Shown piece by piece: positions 1 to 8,306 of a stretch of 64,000 nucleotides of DNA (positions are counted from its first letter, which is position 1; the number at the start of each line of letters is the position of its first letter). The notes below the pieces were generated by a model. It ran no database searches and was not told where the DNA came from. It was given only the letters and a program-made list of their open reading frames with translations. Position numbers and translations under genes: made by a program. The DNA comes from Chloroflexota bacterium (lineage in GTDB: Bacteria; Chloroflexota; UBA11872; VXOZ01): assembly GCA_026710945.1 (NCBI GenBank), contig JAPOQA010000021.1, forward strand, positions 20,070-84,069, read 5' to 3'.

Positions 1-373
1 TGGGCACCACGTCGCGGCGACCGCCAAGATCGCGCACGGTCGTCAACCCCGCTCGCAAGCACTTCTGGGCATTTGCCGCGGTGCGTAGCACTTGCTGCAT
101 GTCGGTCTCGCGGCTAATCTCGTCAACGACTTCCTCGTGGTGGCGGCCTGCGGTAAAGCTCAAGTGCGTGTGCCCGTCGAGCAACCCGGGCATCAATGTA
201 TGGCCGGGGAATTCCTCGACAATCGCGCCTTCCAGGTGGCTCTGGTTAAGTTCAGCAGCCGGCCCCACGAATGTGATGCGGTCGTCAGTAAGGACCACTG
301 CCGCTTGCGCGATGGGGTCGGCGCCGGTGGCGGTAAAGGCCCTGTCAGCTTTGAGAACTCTCTTCTGGCTCAC
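1..373 (-). CDS. Amidohydrolase-superfamily metal-dependent hydrolase, 5' part only (3' end lies beyond the window start)
   Basis: Minus-strand frame reads VSQKRVLKADRAFTATGADPIAQAAVVLTDDRITFVGP...GHTLMPGLLDGHTHLSF..., the beta-sandwich plus HxH opening typical of amidohydrolases. The GTG start at 373-371 overlaps the stop of the upstream MBL gene (GTGA). It is absent from the ORF track because it is truncated by the window edge. Confidence 0.6.
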   Translation of the reverse strand, partial: MSQKRVLKADRAFTATGADPIAQAAVVLTDDRITFVGPAAELNQSHLEGAIVEEFPGHTLMPGLLDGHTHLSFTAGRHHEEVVDEISRETDMQQVLRTAANAQKCLRAGLTTVRDLGGRRDVVP

Positions 374-1161
374 GAGGCATCCCTTTCTGGATAGAGCACA
401 CACTGCCCTGGCGAGAGGACGAGCGGTTGCACGCTCCCTCCCTCTGCTTTGAGCGCGCCGGCAAAGTCGGCAGGATCTGCCATGTTGTTCGCAAACATGT
501 TGTAATGCGTCGGTACGGCGGTCTGGGCGCGCAGCACGGTTGCGAGATGGGCGGCCTCCGCCGCCGACATGTTCCCCCAGCGCCCATTGATGCAAATGAA
601 GGCAAGGTTTGGTTGCAGGCTGGCAATGCCTTCCATCCGTTCGTGGTAGAGGGTATCGCCGCTTATGTACACCCGCAGGCCACCAAAATCGATCACATAT
701 CCCACGGCATCCGGCGCGTCATCAGGATCATCCCAGACGTGGTTCGCAAACGTGGCGTGAATGCGGACGTGGCCGCTATGGAGCACGTCGTCGTGATTGA
801 GCGTATACGTCTGGCTGGCGGGGATGCCAAGTTCGCGCATGGCGTTAGTGCACGACGATGGGCCGATGAGCAGTGCTGTCGCATTGTGACGCGCGATTAC
901 GGGAAAGGCGTCAGGATCAAGGTGGTCGGCGTGATTGTGTGTGGCGAGGACAAAGTCTGCCTGCACGTCTGCCGCCTCGACCGGGGGTGTAAGGAGGCGT
1001 TCCAAACCGTAGAGCTGATTGCACGCGTCGCCAAGGTAGGGATCTACGTACACAATCGTGCCCTGGCTTGACTTGAAAACACACCCGGCTTGCCCGAGGC
1101 TCCACACGGCAATAGTGTTCTGCGGCACGCACGTACCCTTGATCTCTGCTGCGATACTCAC
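370..1161 (-). CDS. Metallo-beta-lactamase-fold hydrolase (UlaG/lactonase-like)
   Basis: 263-aa ORF with the HxHxDH motif (THNHADHLD) and downstream His/Asp ligands. It is translationally coupled to the next gene. Confidence 0.85.
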   Translation of the reverse strand: MSIAAEIKGTCVPQNTIAVWSLGQAGCVFKSSQGTIVYVDPYLGDACNQLYGLERLLTPPVEAADVQADFVLATHNHADHLDPDAFPVIARHNATALLIGPSSCTNAMRELGIPASQTYTLNHDDVLHSGHVRIHATFANHVWDDPDDAPDAVGYVIDFGGLRVYISGDTLYHERMEGIASLQPNLAFICINGRWGNMSAAEAAHLATVLRAQTAVPTHYNMFANNMADPADFAGALKAEGGSVQPLVLSPGQCVLYPERDAS

Positions 1162-1405
1162 GGCTACAGCATCTCCTCGTCAATCTGGCCCCTGTTATGT
1201 CCGTGTCATTGTAGCAGCCGCGCAGCCTGACTGCTATGTTAGGCTGGCGTGGGAGGCAAGATGCCGTGGGTAAAACCATGATGGCGCCACACGCCGGGGG
1301 CAGTCATGCCCACCACATGGTGGGATGAGGTAGAAGCGATAGTTTAAGATTGAGGACCCAACTCGGACGCGGGGATGTTGGGACTCTTTTCGAGTATTAA
1401 AGTAA

Positions 1406-1434
1406 AGAGGCGCAGGACCGTTCCCTGCGCCTCT
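1406..1434 (-). terminator. Rho-independent terminator candidate downstream of sod
   Basis: 11-bp perfect stem AGAGGCGCAGG / CCTGCGCCTCT with a 7-nt loop, followed on the minus strand by the T-rich stretch TTACTTTAAT. It lies about 55 bp after the sod stop. Confidence 0.55.
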
Positions 1435-1488
1435 CTCTTTCCCAGTTGCAAGCAAGTTCGCTTCGCGGTCGATTGCCGCGAGTTTCCC

Positions 1489-2094
1489 CTACCTGGCTGC
1501 CAGTGATGCCTTGGCTGCCTGGTACCGCTCGTTTACGGCGTCCCAGTCCACATTCTTGAGGAGCGCCGTGATGTAGGACGGGCGATCACTGCCGTAGTCC
1601 ATGAAATAGGCGTGCTCATACGTATCAATCGTCCACAAGGGGACTGTGCCCCAAACGCCGCCTTGGTTGTGCACGTCGCACAGGAAGTTGTGGATCTTGC
1701 CGTCCGTGGGATCGAGGGCGGTTACCATCCAGCCGCGCGCGGCCATAGCGCAAGCGCGGGCGTCTTCGATAAAGGCATCCCAGGAGCCGAAGTCCTCGGC
1801 AATCTTGTCCGCCAGATCGCCGCCGGCTTCACCGTTACCGCCCAGCGTATCGAAATATAATTCGTGTAGAATTTGGCCATCTGCGGCGAAGGTCTCTTCC
1901 AGCTTAAGCGCGCGGTAAGCGCTGTAGGCCTGGTTTGCCGTGGAACGGTCCACATTCTTAAGACCGTCTTCAATCTCGTTGCGCTTGTTTACATAACCCG
2001 CATAGAGCGTATCGTGGTGGACGGTTAGTGTCTTTTCCGATATGCCTTCAAGGGCATCTTTGCCGAACTTGAGGTCCTTCACAGTAAAGGCCAT
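1489..2094 (-). CDS. sod: Fe/Mn-family superoxide dismutase
   Basis: HHDTLYAGYV and DTYEHAYF motifs, which are the metal ligands of Fe/Mn SODs. The start is set at MAFTVKDL, preceded by GAGGGAG. The track ORF extends 15 codons further upstream. Confidence 0.9.
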   Translation of the reverse strand: MAFTVKDLKFGKDALEGISEKTLTVHHDTLYAGYVNKRNEIEDGLKNVDRSTANQAYSAYRALKLEETFAADGQILHELYFDTLGGNGEAGGDLADKIAEDFGSWDAFIEDARACAMAARGWMVTALDPTDGKIHNFLCDVHNQGGVWGTVPLWTIDTYEHAYFMDYGSDRPSYITALLKNVDWDAVNERYQAAKASLAAR

Positions 2095-2283
2095 GGTGGG
2101 TGCTCCCTCTAATTCTTGATCGTGTGCAATATTTGGCAATGCTCGGTACGACGAATAGCAGTCGCGTTCGCAGTTAAACTACCATACTTCCGGCGAATAG
2201 TGAAGGAATTGGTGCGGGCGTACTGAGCGCTCTCAGCATAGATCGCGGGCGTGGGTTGATACTCTTGCTTTGAAGCTACCTCA

Positions 2284-2403
2284 GTGTCGTTCGTTCATGC
2301 TTCGACAGGCTCAGCACGAACGGGGGATGGGGTTTGCTGTGGCAGGCACAGCACGAACGGGGGATGGGGTCTGGTGCTGTAGGCTCAGCGCGAACGGTAC
2401 ACC
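2284..2403. repeat. Degenerate copy of the CTTCGACAGGCTCAG-CGAACGG repeat family, including 2.6 tandem units of 37 bp
   Basis: Units start at 2307, 2344 and 2381 (AGGC[T/A]CAGC[A/G]CGAACGGGGGATGGGGT...). The core matches repeats at 4257, 18381, 22752 and 58714. Confidence 0.7.
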
Positions 2404-2457
2404 AATCCGACCGTGATGTCGCCTGATCTTGATGGTCGCAACGCGTTGTGCGGGGGC

Positions 2458-3438
2458 CTAGGATTCGTCTCCATCGCCGGCATTGGCGCCGTAGAGTCTC
2501 CGCTTCACTAGGTTCAGATACTCGGCGCTGATCACGCCGCCATACGAGAAGGCGTAGAGGTAGACGGTGGGATCGTAGTCATCGAGACCTGATGTAGTAA
2601 CGATACGAGCGGTGTTCATTCCTTGCGCCTTGAGCCAGTGCAGTGCGTGACCAAGCAGCGCCGATCCAATGCGGCGTCCGCCGTAATCGCGGCGTACCAG
2701 AAGCCCCCAATCGAACGTCGTGTCATCGGCCACGGCCTTGGCGTCGCAGAGTCCTACCACTTCGCCGTTAGACCGTGCGGCAAAGAGAGTCTGCGGCGCG
2801 CCTGCACCAAATGAAGCAACGCGCGCTTCTATGCGGGCACGCATCTCCTGCGCCAGTTCCTCGCTTGGCGGCGCTTCCGGCTCAGCGGGATATTCGACGC
2901 GGTGCCAGCGAGTGTCTTCCTTGTACTCTTTCCACCAACGCCAGTACGGCTGGTAACTATTGAGAATGAACTCTGTGAAGAACGCCGGGTCCGGGGAGGA
3001 TTGCTCTTCAATGGTGAACTCCTGGCTGGACTCTAGCCGGTCGAGCGTGCGGAGGTTCCACGTTAGCAGCACCATCTTGCGAGCTGCCCAGTAGCCGCGC
3101 TCATAGAACGGCACGGTGGCGCCTTCACCGTCGCGCACGATGGCGTCGATCTTCGTTACCCCCGAGGCTTTCAGGTGCTCTTCGGCAGCGGCGATCAAGT
3201 CCTCTTCGATTCCCTGGCGAGCGTAGTCTTCGTGCACCGAGAGGTCGGCAATCAGGCCGTGCTGACGGCGGGCATCTTGCCGCAGCGCAAGGCGCACGGC
3301 TCCCGTAATCTCGTTACCGTCTTTGGCGAGCAGGATTTCGCTGGGGCCGTACGTCAGCATGTTGAACTCTTCGCGAATTCCCAGCACATGCTGCGGCACC
3401 GGCGTAAGCGGTTCAATTGTGTGCGACGTACTCTTCAT
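2458..3438 (-). CDS. GNAT-family N-acetyltransferase with two acetyltransferase-like halves
   Basis: 326 aa. The N-terminal half has ...LSVHEDYARQGIEEDLI... and the C-terminal half has ...VRRDYGGRRIGSALLGHAL.... Both are acetyl-CoA-binding R/Q-x-x-G-x-G/A-type motifs. Confidence 0.75.
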   Translation of the reverse strand: MKSTSHTIEPLTPVPQHVLGIREEFNMLTYGPSEILLAKDGNEITGAVRLALRQDARRQHGLIADLSVHEDYARQGIEEDLIAAAEEHLKASGVTKIDAIVRDGEGATVPFYERGYWAARKMVLLTWNLRTLDRLESSQEFTIEEQSSPDPAFFTEFILNSYQPYWRWWKEYKEDTRWHRVEYPAEPEAPPSEELAQEMRARIEARVASFGAGAPQTLFAARSNGEVVGLCDAKAVADDTTFDWGLLVRRDYGGRRIGSALLGHALHWLKAQGMNTARIVTTSGLDDYDPTVYLYAFSYGGVISAEYLNLVKRRLYGANAGDGDES

Positions 3439-3474
3439 GGCATTGCACCCAGCAGTGAAGGTTGGGAGTTGTGG

Positions 3475-3945
3475 TTACTGGCTCAGGACTTCTAATTGCA
3501 CGTCGAAACGACCGGTTACAAACGGCGCTAGTTGGATAAACGCCGCTTCGCTGAGATCGATCCACATAAAGCCCGGGGAAGGAGCCCGGTCCTTGACGAT
3601 CACCACGATGGCCGCTCCTGTCGAAAGTCGGGTCACGCGAACCACAGTGCCCAAGGAGAAGAAGGGGCTCGCGGCAATGATGGGATCAAAGCGGCTGTAC
3701 GGTTCGCCGTTCGCCATGGTGTTGCCGTGCAACGAGGGATGGTAATACGTTGCATTACCGTATTCGAGGCGCACAACCGTGTATTCCGAGTGTTCGCGCA
3801 AGAGTGCGGGAGGGCGAAAGCGCGTCAGGTTCGTCAGCGAGCCGTCTTCTTCCTCGACGACAAACGAGAATGCCGCGGCCGGCGTAACCGGTACCAGGCA
3901 GACCACAAGAATGAGCAGCAGTCGTATGCCAAGTCGTTTTGCCAT
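3475..3945 (-). CDS. RlpA-like double-psi beta-barrel (DPBB) domain protein, secreted
   Basis: N-terminal signal-like segment MAKRLGIRLLLILVVCLVPVTPAAA. The core GNATYYHPSLHGNTMANGEPY...GTVVRVT...AIVVIVKDRAP...IDLSEAAF matches the RlpA/expansin-like DPBB pattern. Confidence 0.75.
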   Translation of the reverse strand: MAKRLGIRLLLILVVCLVPVTPAAAFSFVVEEEDGSLTNLTRFRPPALLREHSEYTVVRLEYGNATYYHPSLHGNTMANGEPYSRFDPIIAASPFFSLGTVVRVTRLSTGAAIVVIVKDRAPSPGFMWIDLSEAAFIQLAPFVTGRFDVQLEVLSQ

Positions 3946-3949
3946 AGCC

Positions 3950-4480
3950 CTCTCGTTTCGCTCCGTCTACTGCGGGTGGACAAGCCCCCACTCGGTTTCT
4001 TATAACCTACGCCAGGCGCAGTCGTCAACACGGCAAGGGCACCGCGCCTCACATCCCCGGTAGCGCAGGTTGCAAACCTGCGCCGCTGTAGGGGTCAATT
4101 CGTCGTGGGAATCACAGATTCCCACCGTATGGCTCTCTCCGTGCGAGATTGGTGAAAAATATACCCCATGCTCCGTACTCAGGCGGGGGACAAGCCCTAA
4201 TGCTGTCGCATTAAACTTCATGAAGAAAGACACCGCGCCCCAGTCCCGCGGTAGCGCAGGCCCTTCGACAGGCTCAGGACACGTTTGCAACCTACGTTCC
4301 TGTAAGGTCAATCCTTTACGTGCCTGTTTCCCTTTGCTCTGGCGGGGGACAAGCCCCCGCGCTACGGTTAGTGCGGCAACATCAGAGACGCGCCTCCGCG
4401 CTGCGGCGCTCCGTCCCCGAGCGGGTCGTTTGACCGTCGCGCCGGAGCTACGCTACAATCGGAATTAGGTGGCGCGAGTG
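3950..4480. repeat. Repeat-dense non-coding region holding modules from at least four dispersed repeat families
   Basis: GGGGACAAGCCC(CC) appears at about 3976, 4186 and 4345. CCGGTAGCGCAGG appears at 4056 and 4247. The hairpin GCGCAGGTTGCAAACCTGCGC is at about 4063, GTTTGCAACCTAC at about 4282 and CCCTTCGACAGGCTCAGGAC at 4261. The only ORFs here are short and overlapping. Confidence 0.75.
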
Positions 4481-4485
4481 TAAGG

Positions 4486-4890
4486 GTGGGCAATCTACCC
4501 AGAGTGGAGTTCAGGCAAGCCATGTCCACGCGCTGTTCTGACAAAGATGCTGAGTGCGCCATCGCGCGAACCGCGTCTTTGATTTGCGGTCGGTGGACAA
4601 TGCTGATTTTGCGAGACCTCGCTGAGAGTCCGCAGCGCTTCTGCACGCTGGAGCGCTCCCTGGAGGGCATTAGCCCCAATACGCTGGTCGAGCGGCTCCG
4701 CACGCTTGAGGAAGAGCAAATCATCACGCGCCGGGCCTTTGCGGAAATTCCGCCGCGCGTGGAATACACGCTAACGGAAAAGGGCAGCGCGCTCGTTCCG
4801 GTACTTGAGATTATGCGAGAGTACGGTGAACGATGGCTTAGCGCCCGTGAGGAAGAGCCGGTGGCGGCCGGCGGCGTTGCCGTGAAGTAG
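4486..4890 (+). CDS. HxlR-family winged-helix transcriptional regulator
   Basis: CAIARTASLICGRWTMLILRDL...RFCTLERSLEGISPNTLVERLRTLEEEQIITRR...PPRVEYTLTEKG is the canonical HxlR/DUF24 pattern. An alternative ATG start lies at 4522. Confidence 0.85.
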   Translation: MGNLPRVEFRQAMSTRCSDKDAECAIARTASLICGRWTMLILRDLAESPQRFCTLERSLEGISPNTLVERLRTLEEEQIITRRAFAEIPPRVEYTLTEKGSALVPVLEIMREYGERWLSAREEEPVAAGGVAVK

Positions 4891-4906
4891 ACGCCCGCTG
4901 CTCGTC

Positions 4907-4926
4907 ATTCCCGCGCAAGCGGGAAT
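4907..4926. terminator. Hairpin between convergent hxlR-family and DUF805 genes (bidirectional terminator candidate)
   Basis: ATTCCCGC GCAA GCGGGAAT: a perfect 8-bp stem with a GCAA tetraloop, lying between the two stop codons. Confidence 0.45.
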
Positions 4927-4939
4927 CCATCCCCTGTCG

Positions 4940-5296
4940 CTATTCTAGCACTGCCTGGGGCTGATCCACCGTGCTGTCTTTGACTCCCAAGTAGATGAAC
5001 GTGATGAAGCCGACGATGGGAACCAAGAACAGAAGCGACCACCAGCCCGACTTGCCAATGTCGTGCCAGCGTTTCGTGTAGATCGCAAGAGCAGGGTATA
5101 TCCCAGAGAGCGTTAGTACTTCAATGTATCCGAAGGTGCCGAGGGGGCCGTCTAGCTGCGGACCCAACGCCCCCAAAAGGTAACCGCCAACCAGTACTGC
5201 TCCGAAGAGCCCGAAGAGCGGCAGTATCCCTTTGAGCCAGTAGGTCTTGCGGTCAATCTTTCCCCGGAACGAAAACCACACGTCAAGGAAGGTCAT
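4940..5296 (-). CDS. DUF805-family inner-membrane protein
   Basis: FSFRGKIDRKTYW... and the hallmark KRWHDIGKSGWW motif, with three to four predicted TM helices. Confidence 0.8.
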   Translation of the reverse strand: MTFLDVWFSFRGKIDRKTYWLKGILPLFGLFGAVLVGGYLLGALGPQLDGPLGTFGYIEVLTLSGIYPALAIYTKRWHDIGKSGWWSLLFLVPIVGFITFIYLGVKDSTVDQPQAVLE

Positions 5297-5966
5297 GCGA
5301 ATCCTCCCTACGACCGCGGCCCGCAGACTTCACCGTATCCAGCAGCTTGCAGTCGTGTAGTGTCATGTTGTTAGCCTCTACCCCTACAATCTTGCCCGTG
5401 CCCTTGATGCATTCCCCGGTCTTGAGAGCGGTTAGCTGCTCTCGCCAAGTAGCGTTGTCGAAGTGAAGAAAAACCCACTCGCCATCACCGCGACTTTCCA
5501 TAGTGATCTCGATGGGGTCGCGCCTTGTGTCGGGAGCAGCCAAAATGCTGCCTTCAAACCTGAGCCACTTGCCAATCTCCGGGCTGGACCACGGCTCATC
5601 GTCGAATTCGTGCAGGAAGGCTTCATGGGTGATCTCTTTCGGTGTGCGAGTTGCGTACTCGCGCGTTGGTTCGGCTGGTTCCGGCAATGCGGGTGGGTCT
5701 TGCTTCTTGCTGAGGCGACGAGAAACTGGATCCAACCACCATTTTGCGGTGCCCAAGCCTAAGCAAGCGATAGCGGTACCTGCGAAGAGGAGCGTTATTG
5801 GGTCTGTCACATGCACCCACATCTGTATAACGATGGCAGCCCAAGCAAGCCCATCATCGATTTGACCGGGAATTGGAAAGACGACGTTCCACAGGAATCC
5901 CAAGATGGAGACGACTCCACCCGTGGTAAGAATACGCCCTGACCATTGTTTGATGTTCTCCCACAT
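5283..5966 (-). CDS. Hypothetical membrane protein (N-terminal TM helices, Pro-rich linker, soluble C-terminal domain)
   Basis: 227-aa ORF with no family motif that I recognise. Its 3' end overlaps the DUF805 start by 14 nt. Confidence 0.55.
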   Translation of the reverse strand: MWENIKQWSGRILTTGGVVSILGFLWNVVFPIPGQIDDGLAWAAIVIQMWVHVTDPITLLFAGTAIACLGLGTAKWWLDPVSRRLSKKQDPPALPEPAEPTREYATRTPKEITHEAFLHEFDDEPWSSPEIGKWLRFEGSILAAPDTRRDPIEITMESRGDGEWVFLHFDNATWREQLTALKTGECIKGTGKIVGVEANNMTLHDCKLLDTVKSAGRGRREDSHDLP

Positions 5967-6020
5967 GTTTTCCTGCTACAACCTCTCTTGACGTGAGTCA
6001 AGTAGATAATTCCGGGTCTA

Positions 6021-7982
6021 TCAGCCCTCCGAATCCTCGTACTGCCCACGGAGATTCTCTACCACGTTCGCGTCGAGCAGCGTGGTCGTATCGCCTAGGG
6101 CACGACCTTCGGCGACGTCGCGCAAGAGGCGGCGCATGATCTTGCCGCTGCGGGTCTTGGGCAGGTCGGCGGTGAAGAAGATGTCGTCGGGTCGCGCGAT
6201 GGGACCGATCTTCTGTGCGACGTGTTTCTTGAGTTCATCGAGAAGCGTGTCGCCTGGGTCTATGCCCTCTTTGAGGAGCACGAACGCAGAAACTGCTTGG
6301 CCTTTGAGTTCGTGGGTCTTGCCAATAACGGCCGCCTCCGCCACCGAATGATGGTCTACGAGCGCGCTTTCGATCTCCATGGTCGAGAGACGGTGGCCCG
6401 CCACGTTCATCACGTCGTCGACGCGGCCGAGTACCCAGTAATATCCGTCTGAATCAATCTTGGCGCCGTCGCCTGTGAAGTAAATCCCTGGGTAGCGGCT
6501 CCAGTACTGGTCCTTGAAGCGCTCCGGATCGCCGTAAATTGTCCGCAGCATGGAGGGCCAAGGACGCTGAATTACCAGGTATCCGCCGCCTTCCGGCACC
6601 TCATTGCCGGCTTCATCCAGGATCGCCGCGGTGATGCCGGGGATGGGCCGTGTGGCCGAACCCGGCTTCGTGGTTGTGTAGCCGGGCAGTGGTGAGATGA
6701 GGATCGCGCCGGTCTCGGTCTGCCACCAGGTGTCCACGATCGGACAGCGTTCGCCGCCGATGTTCTCGTGGTACCAAATCCAGGCTTCGGGATTAATCGG
6801 TTCGCCAACGGAGCCCAGCAAGCGCAGGCTCGACATGTCGTGCATTGCAGGATACTCATCGCCCCAGCGCATAAAAGCGCGAATAGCGGTCGGGGCGGTA
6901 TAGAGAATGGTGACACCGTACTTTTCCACGACGTCCCAGAAGCGGTCACGGCCGGGGAAGTCCGGCGCGCCCTCGTACATGACGGTCGTGGCGCCGTTCT
7001 GCAGCGGACCGTAGATGATGTACGAGTGACCCGTGACCCAGCCGATGTCGGCCGTACACCAGTACACGTCGTCATCTTTCATGTCGAAGACCCACTTCGT
7101 CGTGAGATAGGTCTGTGTGGAATAGCCGCCGGTAGTGTGCACAATGCCCTTGGGCTTGCCGGTAGTTCCGCTGGTATAGAGGATATAGAGCATGTCCTCG
7201 GCGTCCATTTCCTCAGGCTCGCAGCGCAGATCGGCTGAGTCCATGAGGTCGTGCCACCAATGGTCGCGCCCCTCTTTCATTGCAATGTCGGCTTCGTCAC
7301 CGATGCGTTTCACCACGATCACGCTTTCGATGGTGGGGCAGCGATCCGCAGCGTCATCGGCCATGCGCTTGAGCGGCACAATGCTGCCGCGCCGCCAACC
7401 GCCGTCGCAGGTGACGAGCACGTTTCCTTGGGCGTCATTGATGCGGTCGGCAAGGGCCTCCGCGCTGAAACCGCCGAATACGATGCTGTGCGGGGCGCCA
7501 ATGCGGGCACACGCAAGCATGGCGATTGCCAACTCAGGCACCATGCCCATGTAAAGGGTCACGCGGTCGCCGCGCTTCACGCCAAGCCCCTTGAGAGCGT
7601 TCGCGAACTTGCTTACTTCTCGCCACAAGTCGTAGTACGTAAGCACGACTTGGTCGCCGGGCTCGCCTTCCCAAATGATGGCGGCCTTGTTGCGCCTCCA
7701 AGAATTCAGATGGCGGTCAAGGCAGTTATACGTGATGTTTAGCTTGCCGCCTACAAACCATTTGAAGAATGGCGGGTCGGATTCGTCCAGCACCTGGTCC
7801 CATTTCTTGAACCAGTGCAGTTCTTCCGCGATGGATGCCCAAAAGGCTTCGGGATCTGCGGCGGCTTGCGAAAACACCGCATCATCATTGACGTAGGCGT
7901 TCTTTGCGAATTCATCGGGCGAAGCAAAGAGCCGTTGCTCATTCAAAAGGGCTTCAATAGTACTGCCGGATTCTGATGCCAT
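6021..7982 (-). CDS. acs: Acetyl-CoA synthetase (AMP-forming)
   Basis: [14 protein letters not shown]-binding motif and full-length Acs-like sequence (...WWQTETG..., ...[14 protein letters not shown]...). The start is set at MASESGST with GGAGG 6 nt upstream. The track ORF extends 32 codons further. Confidence 0.95.
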   Translation of the reverse strand: MASESGSTIEALLNEQRLFASPDEFAKNAYVNDDAVFSQAAADPEAFWASIAEELHWFKKWDQVLDESDPPFFKWFVGGKLNITYNCLDRHLNSWRRNKAAIIWEGEPGDQVVLTYYDLWREVSKFANALKGLGVKRGDRVTLYMGMVPELAIAMLACARIGAPHSIVFGGFSAEALADRINDAQGNVLVTCDGGWRRGSIVPLKRMADDAADRCPTIESVIVVKRIGDEADIAMKEGRDHWWHDLMDSADLRCEPEEMDAEDMLYILYTSGTTGKPKGIVHTTGGYSTQTYLTTKWVFDMKDDDVYWCTADIGWVTGHSYIIYGPLQNGATTVMYEGAPDFPGRDRFWDVVEKYGVTILYTAPTAIRAFMRWGDEYPAMHDMSSLRLLGSVGEPINPEAWIWYHENIGGERCPIVDTWWQTETGAILISPLPGYTTTKPGSATRPIPGITAAILDEAGNEVPEGGGYLVIQRPWPSMLRTIYGDPERFKDQYWSRYPGIYFTGDGAKIDSDGYYWVLGRVDDVMNVAGHRLSTMEIESALVDHHSVAEAAVIGKTHELKGQAVSAFVLLKEGIDPGDTLLDELKKHVAQKIGPIARPDDIFFTADLPKTRSGKIMRRLLRDVAEGRALGDTTTLLDANVVENLRGQYEDSEG

Positions 7983-8306
7983 CGTGTCCTCCTGCATACA
8001 ACAGAGCGTAGCTCTCTTGCCAAGTTCGGTGCATGTTTGGGTGCCATAATAGCATAGCGTTTCAGGCGCTTCAATCACGGCTGCGTTTACGCATATGCGG
8101 TTGTCAGGTAAGATTGAGGCAAGTAGCGATGCACATTCGGGGCAGGCTGCGACCGTTCTTACTACGTTCGTACGCCGGCGAATGTGCGCTGGAAATCATG
8201 ATGTTCGAGAGGCATCCGCCGATGTAGCTGCCCTCGTCTAGGCCGCCGTCGGCTGTAATTTGGCCGCAACAACCTGCGACAGGAAGCACCAATCAGCGAG
8301 GCGACC

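Noticed and set aside
4000-4468. ORFs of 103 and 132 aa inside the 3950-4480 repeat patchwork.
   Set aside because: They are composed of translated repeat modules, overlap one another on opposite strands and lack an RBS context. I treat them as non-coding.
7983-8078. N-terminal extension of acs to the ORF-track start at 8078. Analogous upstream extensions occur for sod (2139), dgt (34156), the deacetylase-like gene (26752), the ceramidase-like genes (38487, 41043) and ydeI (46908).
   Set aside because: In each case an internal start is preceded by a good Shine-Dalgarno sequence and/or matches where homologous families begin. The extensions add unconserved residues.
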